64,000 nucleotides of DNA, taken from Octopus sinensis. Lineage: Eukaryota. The translations under genes and the position numbers were made by a program. The stretch covers positions 46,128,001-46,192,000 of the forward strand of contig NC_043015.1 in NCBI RefSeq assembly GCF_006345805.1, given 5' to 3'. Positions 11,899 through 25,038 of the stretch are shown here, one piece after another. Within the stretch, counting starts at the first letter, position 1; the number at the start of each line of letters is the position of its first letter. The notes under the pieces were generated by a model that was not told the DNA's origin, searched no databases, and saw only the letters and a list, made by a program, of their open reading frames with translations.

Positions 11899-12863
11899 AC
11901 CTATTTCTTTACTACCTACAAGGGGCTAAACACAGAGAGGACAAAGACAGACAAATGGATTAAGTTGATTATATCGACCCCAGTGCATAACTGGTCCTTA
12001 TTTAATCGACCCTGAAAGGATGAAAAGCGAAGTCGACCTCGGTGAAATTTGAACTCAGAACGTAACGGCAGATGAAATACCTATTTCTTTACTACCCAAA
12101 AGGGGCTAAACATAGATAGGACAAACAAAGACAGACAAATGGATTAAGTAGATTATATCAACCCCAGTGCATAACTGGTACTTATTTAATCGACCACGAA
12201 AGGATGAAAGGCGAAGTCGACCTCGGTGAAATTTGAACTCAGAACGTAACGGCAGATGAAATACCTATTTCTTTACTACCCAAAAGGGGCTAAACATAGA
12301 TAGGACAAACAAAGACAGACAAATGGATTAAGTAGATTATATCAACCCCAGTGCATAACTGGTACTTATTTAATCGACCACGAAAGGATGAAGGCGAAGT
12401 CGACCTCGGTGAAATTTGAACTCAGAACGTAACGGCAGATGAAATACCTATTTCTTTACTACCCAAAAGGGGCTAAACATAGATAGGACAAACAAAGACA
12501 GACAAATGGATTAAGTAGATTATATCAACCCCAGTGCATAACTGGTCCTTATTAATCGACCACGAAAGGATGAAAGGCGAAGTCGACCTCGACGAAATTT
12601 GAACTCAGAACGTAACGGCAGATGAAATACCTATTTCTTTACTACCCACAAGGGGCTAAACATAGATAGGACAAACAAAGACAGACAAATGGATTAAGTA
12701 GATTATATCAACCCCAGTGCATAACTGGTCCTTATTTAATCGACCACGAAAGGATGAAAGGCGAAGTCGACCTCGACGAAATTTGAACTCAGAACGTAAC
12801 GGCAGATGAAATACGGCTAAGCATTTCGCCCGGCATGCTAACAATTCTGCCAGCTCGCCGCCT
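11899..12863 (-). mobile_element. second SINE family, head plus 5 tandem units of about 183 bp
   Basis: The junction gaaatac|ctatttc repeats near 12080, 12264, 12447 and 12630; there is a single head at 12812-12863. Confidence 0.9.
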
Positions 12864-13447
12864 TGTGGAAGCTGAACCTTTCAGATGAAATAACAAAGGA
12901 CCGAGGCACCTGACACCTGGCTGTACTCAAAGAGACCCGTACCCTGCAGCAGAAGTGTTAAGACTGACCCTTCTGCTGGTGTAAGGGACTTGTAGCACTG
13001 CCACATAAAAACACCCAAGTGGGGCACCTGTGTGGCGTCACATATAAGTGTTTATGCGGTGCCGTGTGAAAGTGTCTGTGCAGAATCACATGGAAGTGCC
13101 TGTGTGGTAGCACATAAAACCACCCAGCACCACTCTGTAAACCGATGCTAAATGATGATGTATCCAAGACTGGTTGCTGGCAGAATTTCCTATCTCCCTC
13201 CAGATCTGCCCATCACTATTAATATCAATGATCACCCATATCTTGCATAGCGTACTTTATTCTCAGCCCTTCTTCACCATGTCCCCATATCTGAAATACT
13301 TCGAAAAATCTGTCCCTTGATGCCCATTCTTTAACTGCCAACAGTGACCCATAGATGTCCAGGCTGAATACTGACCACATCAATCTCCACCAAATCTATC
13401 ATCTTATCAACTATTATTTCTACAAAATCTTTAAGGTTGCCTTAGAG

Positions 13448-14003
13448 CAGGGGTTCTCAACCATTTTTTTTTTTTATCAATGGACCCTTTTAATTACTGA
13501 TTTATTCTGGTGGACCCCCATAGACATTCAATATTTAAAAACTCATTTTATAGAAACTTCTTTCAAAATTCCTATTTCGCTTTTCACACATTAACTTGTG
13601 TAAGTTGAACTGTGTAAGGTGTTAGAGAAAGAAGCCTGTTCCTTGCAATACAAACCAATACATACATCTAAAGCAAAATTTTTCAGGGGCCCTTAACCCT
13701 TTTGTTACTGTATTTATTTTGAGATGCTCTGTGTTTCTTTCAATTATTTTAAATATAACAAAGAATTTAGTAACATAATTTAATTATCATTAAGCTGGAG
13801 TTAGGAACATAAATTGTGACTAAGGTTTGGTGGAAGATGTTAATGAAAAACTTATGAAAACAAGACATTCGTACTACAGAGCCAGAGCCGGTTTTGGCCG
13901 GGTTGGTAACAAAAGGGTTAAAATATTATTGTAGGTTTCCAATTTACTATTTTGTAGCACAGACCCCCAAGAATCTTATATGGTCCTCAGTTGAGAACCA
14001 GTG
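13448..14003. mobile_element. hAT-type MITE (CAG-terminal TIR ggttctcaac, 8-bp TSD) containing a MITE A at 13697-13917
   Basis: Flanks ccttagag and ccttacag (7/8 identical); CAGGGGTTCTCAAC...GTTGAGAACCAGTG; the nested element is bounded by TTAA. Confidence 0.8.
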
Positions 14004-14514
14004 CCTTACAGATACATAAAGCCAAAAGGAGGATTGTACCTTCAGCTCTGAAACACTAAAGCAAGGATCTGATTGTTGTACACTTTTAGAGAGAGAGAAA
14101 AGAAAAACTAAGATTCACATGCAGAGCACTGTACAAACTTGTCTTGCCTTAGTCTCAGTACACTTATTGGAGTCATAGGGGTGCCAATGTAGTATACAAT
14201 GTACCTTGGGAAGTATGAGCGACACTATTTCAGCATCCCTACATAACACAGAACTACATAACACCAGAACTACATAACACCACAGAACTACATAACACCA
14301 CATAAACCTGTCTTGCCCTGGACCCACGGCACTTGATGGAGGTGATAGGAGCACCATTGAGGCATAAAGCATGACTGGACACTATATTATAGTGACCCTA
14401 GAAAGATGACCTCCAGCTTCTCCCAATTTAATCTACACCACATCACCTATAGATATCACCTCAAACTCAAGAGCGTATTTCTCTCCAGGATGTGCAAGAT
14501 GAGATTTTGTGAAT

Positions 14515-14924
14515 CTTTTCGGTTTGACCGGCAGTTTTTTAAAATAATTTCCACGTAACTAAACACTTTTAAACTTTGTATACTGGTAGAATGTGTTTAT
14601 AAAACATTTTTTTCTCTTGGCTTTATTGAGACAATTCTATAGTTTGTAAGATATTTGCTGGTTTTTTTTCTTTCAATTTCTGCAATTTCAACCAATCAAT
14701 GGCATCTATTGAGGTGAAAACATTCTGTGCTGTATGAATATGTCCCTCGTTTAAGAAACAGATTGGGTTTATTTACATTTCTGAAGAAAAAAGATACCCT
14801 TCCCCCCACCCCTAAACCTTACCCTAAAACAGATTGAAATACAATAGATCGATAATAGGGTCATAATTATGGGTGACAATTTCATATGACACCACTAGAA
14901 AAAACTGCCGTTCAAACCGAAGAG
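14515..14924. mobile_element. second copy of the AT-flanked TIR MITE (opposite orientation)
   Basis: Same TIRs and internal sequence as 1017-1381, reverse-complemented. Confidence 0.8.
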
Positions 14925-15675
14925 ATCCGATTTTGCGTGTACCAACTTTGAAACAGAGCACAGTCCTGTGTTCTGCATAAGTTCACAGACACGCATCATG
15001 CAGGCTTGACCACCAGGATTGAACATTTCCACAGGATTACATGGGGAAGAAGCACAGTGGCCCATGAATTTTAGTTGTCTTTGTTTGACATTCTTGGTAT
15101 TTGAACTCAAGGCGGTGAGCTGGCAGAAACGTTAGCACGCCGGGCGAAATGCTTAACGATATTTCGTCTGCGTTACGTTGTGAGTTCAAATTCCGCCAAG
15201 ATCGACTTTGCCTTTCATCCTTTCGGGGTCGATAAATTAAGTACCAGTTACGCACTGGGGTCGATGTAATTGACTTAATACCTATGTCTGTCCTTGTTTG
15301 TCCCCTCTGTGTTTAGCCCCTTGTGGGTAATAAAGAAATAGGTATTTAAACTCAAGATATAACCACATAACACAAGGCGTGTCATCTGACAGACCACCAG
15401 TTCTGCTAATCAACTGCTAGCATATCACCAAAAAAAGGGGTCACAAAAGTAGTTATAGACAGAATGGAACAATAAATCTGGGTCCTGCAAATGCAAATTT
15501 TAGATGGGATCGATGCCCCTACAGCCCTACATAACTAAGCACTGAATAGTAAACAAGGTCTGAAATCAAGACTATGTGAGCCTAGTAATTAAGGTACCTT
15601 GTTTCTTAATTTGCTAATTTGTAGTCTTTATTGAGATAGAAAGAAAGTTAAAAAGACAGAGTGTTGATGAAATAC

Positions 15676-15834
15676 CTGAAATAGTGGAGACAGGCCTAGT
15701 CACCATAGAAACTGTAGTGGCAGTAGTAGTTGTAGAGACTCCACTAACGACTACCACTGGTGTCCCAGATTGGGTTGGCTTGGGTAATATTTTACTACCA
15801 GTGGGTGGGACACTCTGGGTTATTATCTTCATGC
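15676..15834 (-). CDS. EMSY: EMSY coding exon 8
   Basis: tccctag|GC ATG AAG = (G)MKIITQSVPPTGSKILPKP...PVSTIS; donor G|gtattt; 159 nt, phase 1 to 1. Confidence 0.92.
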
Positions 15835-16781
15835 CTAGGGATAAATGGACAAATAAATAAATATTAGATAAAATATAAAGAGAGGTTTTGGTAGAATTCT
15901 GAACCCCTTGTAACATTTAAAAAAATTTGGGGGAATTAGCAGAAAATTGTTGTGAAGTTGTGTTCTACACACAGGAATCCATATGATTATGAACAAAAAA
16001 AATTTCTTTTTTTGTGATTTAAGGGTGATTTAGCTGTTATTTTTAGAATTCTGGTTTAAGCACCCTGTGACAGGAAGGACCTCCCGTAAAAAGAAACAAA
16101 AAAAAAAAAACTGCCCCCAATAAACTCCATTCAAACCCATGCAAGCATGGAAAACTTGATATTAAAATGATGAAGACAGAGAAAGGAACAGAAATGGTCA
16201 GAGACAGTAACTATGGTTATGTAACTATCATCATTTAGCATCCGCTTTCCATGCTAGCATGGGTTGGACGGTTCAACTGGGGTCTGGGAAGCCAGAAGGC
16301 TGCACCAGGCCCAGTCTGATCTGGCAATGTTTCTACAGCTGTATGCCCTTCCTAACGCCAACCACTCCGAGAGTGTAGTGGGTGCTTTTTACATTCCAGA
16401 CGGGGCTGGCAAACGGCCACGGTTGGATGGCGCTTTTTACGTGCCACCGGCACGGGGGCCAGGCGAGGCTGGCAACGGCCACGGTTGGATGGTGCTTTTT
16501 ACGTGCCACCGGCACGGGGGCCAGGCGAGGCTGGCAACGGCCACGGTTGGATGGTGCTTTTTACGTGCCACCGGCACGGAGGCCCGTCGGGGCGGCGCTG
16601 GCAACGGCCACGTTCGGATGGTTCGCTTACGTGCCACCGACACTGGTATCACAGCTGCAATTTCCATTGATGTTATAACTAATAATTTACAAATTTACAA
16701 CCCCACCACCACTGCACATACACACACTACACACAAAGAGAAAAGAATCACGTATGTATACGCATTGGCACAATAGCTTAC

Positions 16782-16914
16782 CTCCTTCATGCTTAATCTG
16801 GATCGCTGACTTCGTGTTTGGTTTTATTTGGATACTCTGTACAGACTGGTTTCCTTGGGGAGAATGTAATGGTTGCTGGCCAACAGGGATCACAACGCCA
16901 GGTTTTTGACCAAA
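16782..16914 (-). CDS. EMSY: EMSY coding exon 7
   Basis: ttttcacag|TTT GGT CAA = FGQKPGVVIP...KSAIQIKHEG; donor G|gtaagc; 133 nt, phase 0 to 1. Confidence 0.92.
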
Positions 16915-17450
16915 CTGTGAAAATACCAAGAGGAGCACTACAGTAAGAGACAACATGCAAAATACAACATTTACTGATATGACTGGCACTTTATTTCTTT
17001 CTCTCTCCATCCTCTGATATGCACGTCAAAGCCAAATAGCTGTCTTTGTAATTCATCAACCATTTAGCATTCAGATTACCCTGTCAAATGTCATGTTTAT
17101 TTATTCACACTGTTTTCAATTAATTATGTGTTACCTTGTAGCTCTGAGGTTTCAATAATGTGATTGCTTATTTTTAGAATGACACAGGTGGGTGGGTCTG
17201 AGAGGCCAAATCTGGCCTCTTTTGGCGTAAAACAGGTAGAATATTTGAGCCAGATATGTCCATTCAAAGGGTTAAGTGTTTATATATTTGTAAATTGTTA
17301 AATAATTTAACTGCAGTGAAGCCTTTCAGTGTTCTTCTGCAACCTGTTCACAGGTACTTAGTTAAAATAATAATAATGATAACAAACAATTTAATCAAAT
17401 ATTAAGAGAGAGAGAAAAAAGATTATAAGCAAATAAATAAAATAGTTTAC

Positions 17451-17560
17451 CTGAGGGAGCTTCTGTCTTGGAACTGATTTTGGTCTGGGTTTAGAAATGT
17501 TTATAGATGATGGTAAAAATGCTGCAGAAGGAGTACCAAGAACAGCCGTTGTATTTGTTG
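17451..17560 (-). CDS. EMSY: EMSY coding exon 6 (not in ORF track)
   Basis: tgtttgcag|CA ACA AAT = (S)TNTTAVLGTPSAAFLPSSINISKPRPKSVPRQKLPQ; donor CAG|gtaaac; 110 nt, phase 1 to 0, which is required to link exons 5 and 7. Confidence 0.88.
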
Positions 17561-18957
17561 CTGCAAACAAAATGGAAATTTCTATTCAGAGAGAGAGGGA
17601 GAGAGAGAAGGAAGATAAAGAGAAAAAAAGATGATTCAAGAGAAATGAAAAATGATGTCCAAACTTGTTCAGTTAGCACTAATTCAAAATTGATCACCCA
17701 ATATCAATGACGAGAGTCTAGCAAAATCACTAGCACACCAGGCAAAATGCTTAGTGGCGTTTCGCCTGTCTCTATGTTCTGAGTTCAAGTTCCACCAATG
17801 TTGACTTTGCTTTTCATCTCTTCAGAGGGTTGATAAAGTAAGTACCAGTTGAACACTAGGGTCAACGTAATTGACTTACATCTCTCTCTCCCTGGGGGCC
17901 TTGTGCCAAAATTTGATCCCAATATTCTTACTTCCATATATGATGCAAGACAGAGATGCGTACATGATAGAAATGAACAGAACAACTGAAGTAGTCAGTG
18001 TAGGAATAAGAAAAATACCGAAGTATTTGAGTTATAAGGCAAGCAGCTAGAATTCAGGTAAGCAGGGCCCTGGGGTAAATGATGCCCTAGGTGAATCAAA
18101 TTTTAAACGTCTCCACCCGCTTCCACAGGGTGGGGTGGCATGCGAAGTGAGCCCAACAAGCTGGGGATTTCCCAAAGAAAGGTTTTAGAAATATGAATAA
18201 ACAAAGGAGCTATTTGAAGTCATTTGTAAAGGAAAATTTTAAAATTTATTTCTTAAAAATCAATGAAATATGTACAACAAGAGCACTCAGAGAGTGCAAA
18301 CCTCTACCAAGACAACACCACCAGCCTCTCAACAATTAGCCAGAGATGATTTTTTAAAAGGAGAATATCTGAAATAAATTCGACTGGTCTCACACACGAG
18401 AACACTAAAAATGAACCAGGCCACTCTCAAAAATTAAGTAAAATAAAAGGAAAAATAATCCAAGATCCTTGTTCGATATCAGTTCGATCCTAAAATCTAA
18501 TTAGTTTGTGCCAGTCATGAGGCCAAACATCCCTGAAAATTTCATCCGAATCCATCCAGTGGTAGATCCAGCCCTGGGTACAAGATAGCACATAACACAT
18601 AGAAGATCACTTTCAGAGCACCAGGATTGTGATTGCCGGGCCTCGATATTTCCTAATGGCCTTGTGGTTTTTGTCAACAACCAAACATCTATCCATCCAT
18701 TTTCCCTATCCACCACTCTTGGGAGAGTTGTGGGTGTAGAATTCTCAGATACCTCCTCTACAGGGTCCTATCAGAAGCAACCCCACCATTGCACTTTCCT
18801 GACTGACTGAAACTATGGGCTTTTCACTATTACAAAAATATTAAATGTTTGCAAGTCTTTCTCCAAGACACTTTTTAGTCGATCTCTCTCTCTCTCTCTC
18901 TCATATACACACACACATTCCTGTTCGCTTTATTATACAGAAAAAAAAACAAGTTAA

Positions 18958-19177
18958 CCCTTTCGTTACTGTATTCATTTTGAGATGCTCTGTGTTTCTT
19001 TCAATTACTTTAAATATAACAAAGAATTTAGTAAAATAACTTAGTTATCATTCAGCTAGTGTTGGGAACATGAATTGTGACTAAGGTTTGGTGGAAGATT
19101 TTAATTCAGAACTTACGAAAACAAGACATTTGCACTCAGAGCCAGAGCCGGTTTCAGCCGGGTTGGTAACGAAAGGG
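18958..19177. mobile_element. piggyBac-type MITE A
   Basis: TTAA|CCCTTTCGTTAC...GTAACGAAAGGG|TTAA. Confidence 0.88.
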
Positions 19178-19235
19178 TTAATAAAAAAAAAGACACTGAT
19201 AGAGCAATCAGCATATAAATACTGCAGAAACTCAC

Positions 19236-19479
19236 AGGTAGACTTTGAAGACGTATTTGATGTAGTGACCACAGTGATGATGTTTCCAAGGTTACCGTTA
19301 GAGATGGAAACACTTCCAGGACTTGTGTTTGTGCTGGGCATCACAATGGACATCTTTGGATGACCACTTCCACTGGTCGTCATTGTTGGGATTGTTTTAA
19401 CAAGAGGCAAAGAAATGGACTTTGGTAATACATTGGGGCCAGTGCTCGAACCAGAACCAGAAGTGGACACCAATATCAC
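19236..19479 (-). CDS. EMSY: EMSY coding exon 5 (Ser/Thr-rich)
   Basis: cctacag|GTG ATA TTG = VILVSTSGSG...TSSKST; donor T|gtgagt; 244 nt, phase 0 to 1. Confidence 0.92.
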
Positions 19480-20094
19480 CTGTAGGAATGGGAAAAAATA
19501 AAAAATTAGTCCTCCAAGAACATAGAATGTTCTAAAAAGAAATGGTACCCTCTCTCTCTTTTGGAGAGGCACAAGCACCTACATGCACACATACACACAC
19601 GGCAGTAACTTCCACCTACCGAATTCAATCACAAAGCTTCGGTCGGCTCGGGGCTATAGCAGAAGACACCTGCCCAAAGCGCCACGCAGTGGGACTGAAC
19701 CCGAAACCATGTAGCTAGGAAGCAAGCTCCCTAACCACACAACCATTCTAAAATGGCCTGATATATATTTCCAACAGCTAAGTGAAGTCAACATCATCAT
19801 CCACATTGTTGTTTTAACATTTACTTTTTCACACCTGCATGGGTCAGACGGAATTTGATAAGGCAAATTTCCTTGGCTGGATTCTCTTCTTGTCATCTAC
19901 TGTTACCTGTTTCTCAGCAAAGGTAATATTTCACCATGGAAAACAGGAATTGCAAGGCATTACCTGTATGACAATGATGCCCTTTTACAATCATCACATG
20001 GAGTGGAAACAGGAGTACACACAATACACATGTACGATGAACTAAGTGGCACTATTGTAGACACAAATTAGCATAAATGTAGATAATGCCGCAA

Positions 20095-20637
20095 TTGATC
20101 GACATCAATGGAATTTGTAGCTGTGATACCAGTGCCGGTGGCACATAAAAGAACCATCCGAACGTGGCTGTAGCCAGCGCCGCCCTGACTGGCCTCCGTG
20201 CTGGTGGCACGTAAAAAGCACCATCCGATTGTGACCGTTTGCCAGCCTCGTCTGGTCTCCGTGCTGGTGGCACGTAAAAAGCACCATCCGATTGTGGCCG
20301 TTTGCCAGCCTCGTCTGGTCTCCGTGCCGGTGGCACGTAAAAAGCACCATCCGATTGTGACCGTTTGCCAGCCTCGTCTGGTCTCCGTGCCGGTGGCACG
20401 TAAAAAGCACCATCCGATTGTGGCCGTTTGCCAGCCTCGTCTGGTCTCCATGCCGGTGGCACGTAAAAAGCACCCACTACACTCACGGAGTGGTTGGCGT
20501 TAGGAAGGGCATCCAGCTGTAGAAACCCTGCCAGATCAGACTGGAGCCTGGTGCAGCCTTCTGGCTTCCCAGACACCAGATGAACCGTCCAACCCATGCT
20601 AGCATGGAAAGTGGACACTAAACGATGATGATGATGA
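20095..20637 (+). mobile_element. (GAT)n-tailed repeat, probably an RTE 3'UTR; other + copies at about 5545-5980, 22455-22667, 34420-35015, 41565-41932, 63495-63826
   Basis: Internal 60-bp tandem units (gtggcacgtaaaaagcaccatccg...), conserved ggcgttaggaagggcatccagctgtagaaa, and a gatgatgat tail. Confidence 0.85.
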
Positions 20638-20728
20638 AGAAAAGCTAAGTTTCACAATCATACATCTCTGTGCTTGTACATACATAAACATTTCTCTCTA
20701 AGCTAAAAAAAAAGAGTAATGTCCTTAC

Positions 20729-20967
20729 TTTTTGGGTCTGCGTTGCAACAGCACTGGTGTTCTGGTTTCTCGTCTGAGAGTTCTTGCTGATGGTGATCTT
20801 GACGGGAGACATACCTTGCAGGGTGTTCGATGACGTTGAAGAGGAGGCGGATGCAGTGGTGGCACGGGGTGTCTGGGTTCCGGCACAGACCGAACTTATA
20901 TTATCCACCGACATGCTTCTTTTCTTCCGACTGCACGTTTCTTCTTCATCTTCAGGAATAACACCCC
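20729..20967 (-). CDS. EMSY: EMSY coding exon 4
   Basis: tttttacaag|GG GGT GTT = (W)GVIPEDEEETCSRKKRSMS...GMSPVKITISK...TQTQK; donor AAA|gtaagg; 239 nt, phase 1 to 0. The acceptor is a less common AAG. Confidence 0.88.
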
Positions 20968-21019
20968 CTTGTAAAAAGATAACAGAAGTAATATTGGTTA
21001 ACATAAACAAACAACAACA

Positions 21020-21245
21020 TCATCATCGTTTAGCATCTGCTTTCCATGCTGGCATGGGTTGGACGGTTCAACTTGGGTCTGGGAAGCCAGAAGGCTGCAC
21101 CAGGCCCAGTCTGATCTGGCAATGTTTCTACAGCTGGATGTTGCCCTTCCTAATGCCAACCACTCCATAAGTGTAGTGGGTGCTTTTTACGTGCCAGTTG
21201 AGGCTGGCAAACGGCCACGATTGGATGGTGCTTTTTACGTGCCAT
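21020..21245 (-). mobile_element. (GAT)n-tailed repeat, minus copy; others at about 9440-9700, 16225-16675, 30705-30915, 36397-36770, 38143-38430, 38560-38800, 53343-53655, 57663-58070, 61855-62040
   Basis: Reverse complement of the family above. Confidence 0.85.
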
Positions 21246-23112
21246 GTTTTATCTTTTCATTAGCTTCAGTCATTAGACTGCAAGCATGTTGGGGCAACCC
21301 CTCGAAGGGCCTTTTAGAGGAATGTATCAACCCTAGTAGTTATATTTCTTCTAAGCATGGCACTTATTTTCTCAGTCTCTTTTCCTGAACTGCTATATTA
21401 CAGGGATGTAAACAACACTAACACAACACTAACACACATAATGCTGTTCCTCTAAATGGAAACCTTACCTGTCATTGTGGTTTTGTGGCACAAAGCAAAG
21501 CTGGCCTTGCCATCCACCCCCAGAAAACACATATCAAATGATCCACAAGCACTCGAGCAAACTGAGTCCTCAAATTGTTCCATTTACCAAAATGGTCTGT
21601 TTGGCACCAGCGGGCCTCAAGAGACCCATTTGTGTCCATAGAACATGGTTACCACTTCAGTTCAGTTCCACTACATGGTACCTTGGGCTGACCACAGCCT
21701 TGTGAGTAGATTTGGTAAACAGAAACTGAAAGAAGCCCATCATGCGTATGTATGTGTTTGATCTATCCCCCCACCGATTGACAACCTGTGCTGGTATGTT
21801 TATACCCCTGTAACTTAGCAATTCAGCAAAAAAACTGATAGAATAAGCACCAGGCTTTAAAAAAACAAAAAACGATATAGGGTTGATACATTCAACTAAA
21901 AATTCTTCGAGATGATGCCCCAGCATGGTCGCAGTCGAATGACTAAAACAAGTAAAAGATAAAAATCACATCAATGAAATCTCAAAGCTACAAGATAATG
22001 TATGCTTAATTCAAAGCAATCACCATCATCTTCATCATTTAACATCTGCCTTCCATGCTGGCATGGGTTGGACAGATTGACAGGCGCTCGCCAGGCAGAA
22101 GACAGCATCAGACTGTCTGTTTTGGCATGGTTTTTACAGCTGGATACCCTTCCAAACACTGACCACCCCAAAGAGTGGACTGACTGCTTTTTACATGGTA
22201 CCAGCACAGGTGAGGTCAGTTTTGGCATGTTTTTTTACAGGTGAATACCCTTCCAAACACCAACCACCCCAAAGAGTGGACTGACTGCTTTTTACATGGT
22301 ACCAGCACAGGCGAGGTCAGTTTTGGCATGGTTTTTACAGCTGGATGCCCTTCCAAATGCCAACTATTTCACAGTGTAGACTGGATGCTTTTTACAATGT
22401 CAATAAATAAGCATTACAATTGACCGAGTAATCTGAATGCTAAAGGATTAATTAATCGCCTGACTGGCCCCCGTGCCGGTGGCACATAAAAAGCACCCAC
22501 TACACTCTCAGAGTGGTTGGGATATTAGGAAGGGCATCCAGCTGTAGAAACTCTGCCAGATCAAGATTGGAGCCTGGTGCAGCCATCTGGTTTGCCAGCC
22601 CTCAGTCAAAATCGTCCAACCCATGCTAGCATGGAAAGTGGACGTTAAATGATGATGATGATGATGATTGTTTTGAATTAATCATGCATTATCTTACAGC
22701 TTTGAAATTTAAGTGATATGATTGTATAGTTTTAGAACAAGATTGTGGAGTAGGTGTGAGAGGTTAGATCTGGCCAGTTTAAATGCTAAAGAGTTAACTG
22801 GGTTGTAAAGGGAAAGAAGGTGGAGCTAGCCCTGGAACTGTTTTTGATACGAATCAATAATAAATGGTGAGGTTGTGTTGACCACACGTGGAGAAATGAG
22901 AGGAGAGGAAAAATTATAATAAGGCAGAATGCTAAATTGAAAGTAAATTTGAATAAAAATGGAACCTGGTGCAGCCATCTGGTTCGCCAGCCCTCAGTCA
23001 AAATCGTCCAACCCATGCTAGCATGGAAAGCGGACGTCAAACGATGATGATGATGATATGCAAGAAAGCGTTTTGCATATGAAAAGAAAAAGGGGAAGAG
23101 ATATTGACTTAC

Positions 23113-23288
23113 AATCTTTGTTACCAGTGTGCATAGGATTGGGCATTGCAGCATTCTTCTCCACTTGTAGGTTAACTGCTTGGTTAGCAGTGACAGTGAA
23201 AGCCGTCTGTGGGACTAAGCGAGGCATCAGGGGGATAAGACGCCGGCCTTCAATCAGCCAGTCAGCATCCGTACTTGGCCCACACATT
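23113..23288 (-). CDS. EMSY: EMSY coding exon 3 (includes HP1-binding-type RLIPL / RLVPQ segment)
   Basis: tttcag|A ATG TGT GGG = (K)MCGPSTDADWLIEGRRLIPLMPRLVPQTAFTVTANQAV...GNKD; donor T|gtaagt; 176 nt, phase 2 to 1. Confidence 0.95.
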
Positions 23289-23374
23289 CTGAAATACAAG
23301 GAGGAAAAGTTAAGTTAAGTTAATTTTTTGGCTCAAAAAGCAAAAAAGCAAGGCCATGGAGTTATGTACAGGGA

Positions 23375-23620
23375 GGGTGTTCATGCAAAGAGTTCAGGCC
23401 ATTTCTGGTCAAGAGAGACTTTGAACCGAGCGGTCGTCGGCATCTTCACTATCTCGTCCGGCAGCTTATTCCACGGAACCGCAACCCGGACGGAGAAAGC
23501 CCCTCTCCTTCGATTGAGATGAAATCGTCGCAGATAGAGTTTTTTTGGAGTGACCCCCGCAGCCGGCGCTCTGGAGCAGGAGTGAAGAACAGCTCTTTCG
23601 AGGGGTTACACTTTCCAACT
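23375..23620 (-). mobile_element. CR1-clade LINE 3' fragment of a different, GC-richer family (one frameshift)
   Basis: Hand translation: ELFFTPAPERRLRGHSKK/LYLRRFHLNRRRGAFSVRVAVPWNKLPDEIVKMPTTARFKVSLDQKW. Confidence 0.75.
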
Positions 23621-24089
23621 AATTACAAAACAATAATGGTGGCAGCAGCTGCTGTTACTGCAAAAGTTAAGACCGATTCTTCTCTCAGATCATCATAGTC
23701 ATCATTGCCAAATTTATTTCACGTGTTTGAAATTGCGGGGCTTTTGGATTATTTGCTGACCGAGAACTCAAACTCCATTGTTCGTAGCCCACTGTTTATC
23801 AATTACAAACTGTTACAGAGTATAAATGTTCCCGCAGACAGACAGTTGTGTACTCATATACATATATATATATACACACACTACATATATACAATTACAT
23901 AAATAAATACACTCACATACATAAATTTGCTCACAAAGCATTGGTCAGCTCAGGACCACAGTGGAACATGTCGAGTGAGATGGAGCCCCAAACCAAGAGG
24001 TTGAGAAACAAAATTCTTAACCACACATCCATGCCTACTCCTATCCAGTGCATCTGCCTATCATATGTATGTATGTATGTCATACATAC

Positions 24090-24900
24090 TATCAGATGTT
24101 GTTACACATCAGCTGGTCACAATGCGCTTCGCATTGTTTTAGCCTTGAAATGACGCCACCCTGCTGGCTAAGCGAGCAGGCCAATAGAAGAGAGAGTGAG
24201 AGAAAGTTGCGGCGAAAGAGTACAGCAGGGGTCGCCACCACCCCGAGCCAGAGCCTCGTGGAACTTTAGGTGTTTTCGCTCAATAAACACACACAATGAC
24301 CGGTCTGGGAATCGAAACCGTGATCCTCTGACCGTGAGTCCGCTGCCCTAACCACTGGGCCATTGTGTCTCCAGATATATATATATATAATACATGTATG
24401 TGTGTATTGGATTGGAGATGAACACTGATGCTCCGTGTGATAGACTTGATAATTGTTACAGGCTTCTTTAACATGAAACCAATGCTAGCTTTATCCCATA
24501 AATACAGACTCTTTAGCCATCAATACAGTATGGTCCAGTGGTTAGGGCAGTGGACTCGCGGTCGTAGGATCGCGGTTTCGATTCCCAGACCGGGCATTGT
24601 GAGTGTTTATTGAGCGAAAACACCTAAAGCTTCACAAGGCTCCTGCAGGGGGTGGTGGTGAACCCTGCTGAACTCTTTCACCACAACTTTCTCTCACTCT
24701 TTCTTCCTGTTTCTGTTATACCTGTATTTCAAAGGGGCCAGCCGTGTCACACTCTGTGTCACGCTGAATCTCCTCGAGAACTATGTTAAGGGTACACGTG
24801 TCTGTGGAGTGCTCAGCCACTTGCACGTTAATTGCACGAGCAAGCTGTTCCGTTGATCGTATCAGCTGGGGCCCTCATCGTTGTAACCGACGGAGTGCTC
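24090..24900. mobile_element. divergent (head-to-head) pair of a third tRNA-SINE family: minus about 24090-24370, plus about 24525-24900
   Basis: tRNA-like heads (cagtggttagggcag...ggtttcgattccc) in opposite orientations with homologous bodies. Confidence 0.8.
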
Positions 24901-25038
24901 CTAAAAATTGAGCACCCATTCTCATTGTTTGATATTTACTTGGTTATGTACCTAAGTAGAAAGATAGATAGATAGCTAACTAGATAGATAGATAGATAGA
25001 CAGGAAGGCAGGCAGATAGACAGACATGATATACTCAC

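Noticed and set aside
11899-12863. Regular direct-repeat array that might suggest CRISPR
   Set aside because: The 183-bp units are near-identical with no unique spacers, there are no cas genes, and the context is eukaryotic.
22794-22832. Possible extra 39-nt phase 1-1 EMSY exon (FPGLAPPSFPLQP) between exons 3 and 4
   Set aside because: The donor is weak and belongs to a MITE terminus; exons 3 and 4 already join in frame.
24280-24610. tRNA-like sequences with A and B boxes (also at 58590-58640 and in all SINE heads)
   Set aside because: They continue into SINE bodies and lack a complete cloverleaf; I could not support any true tRNA gene in the window.
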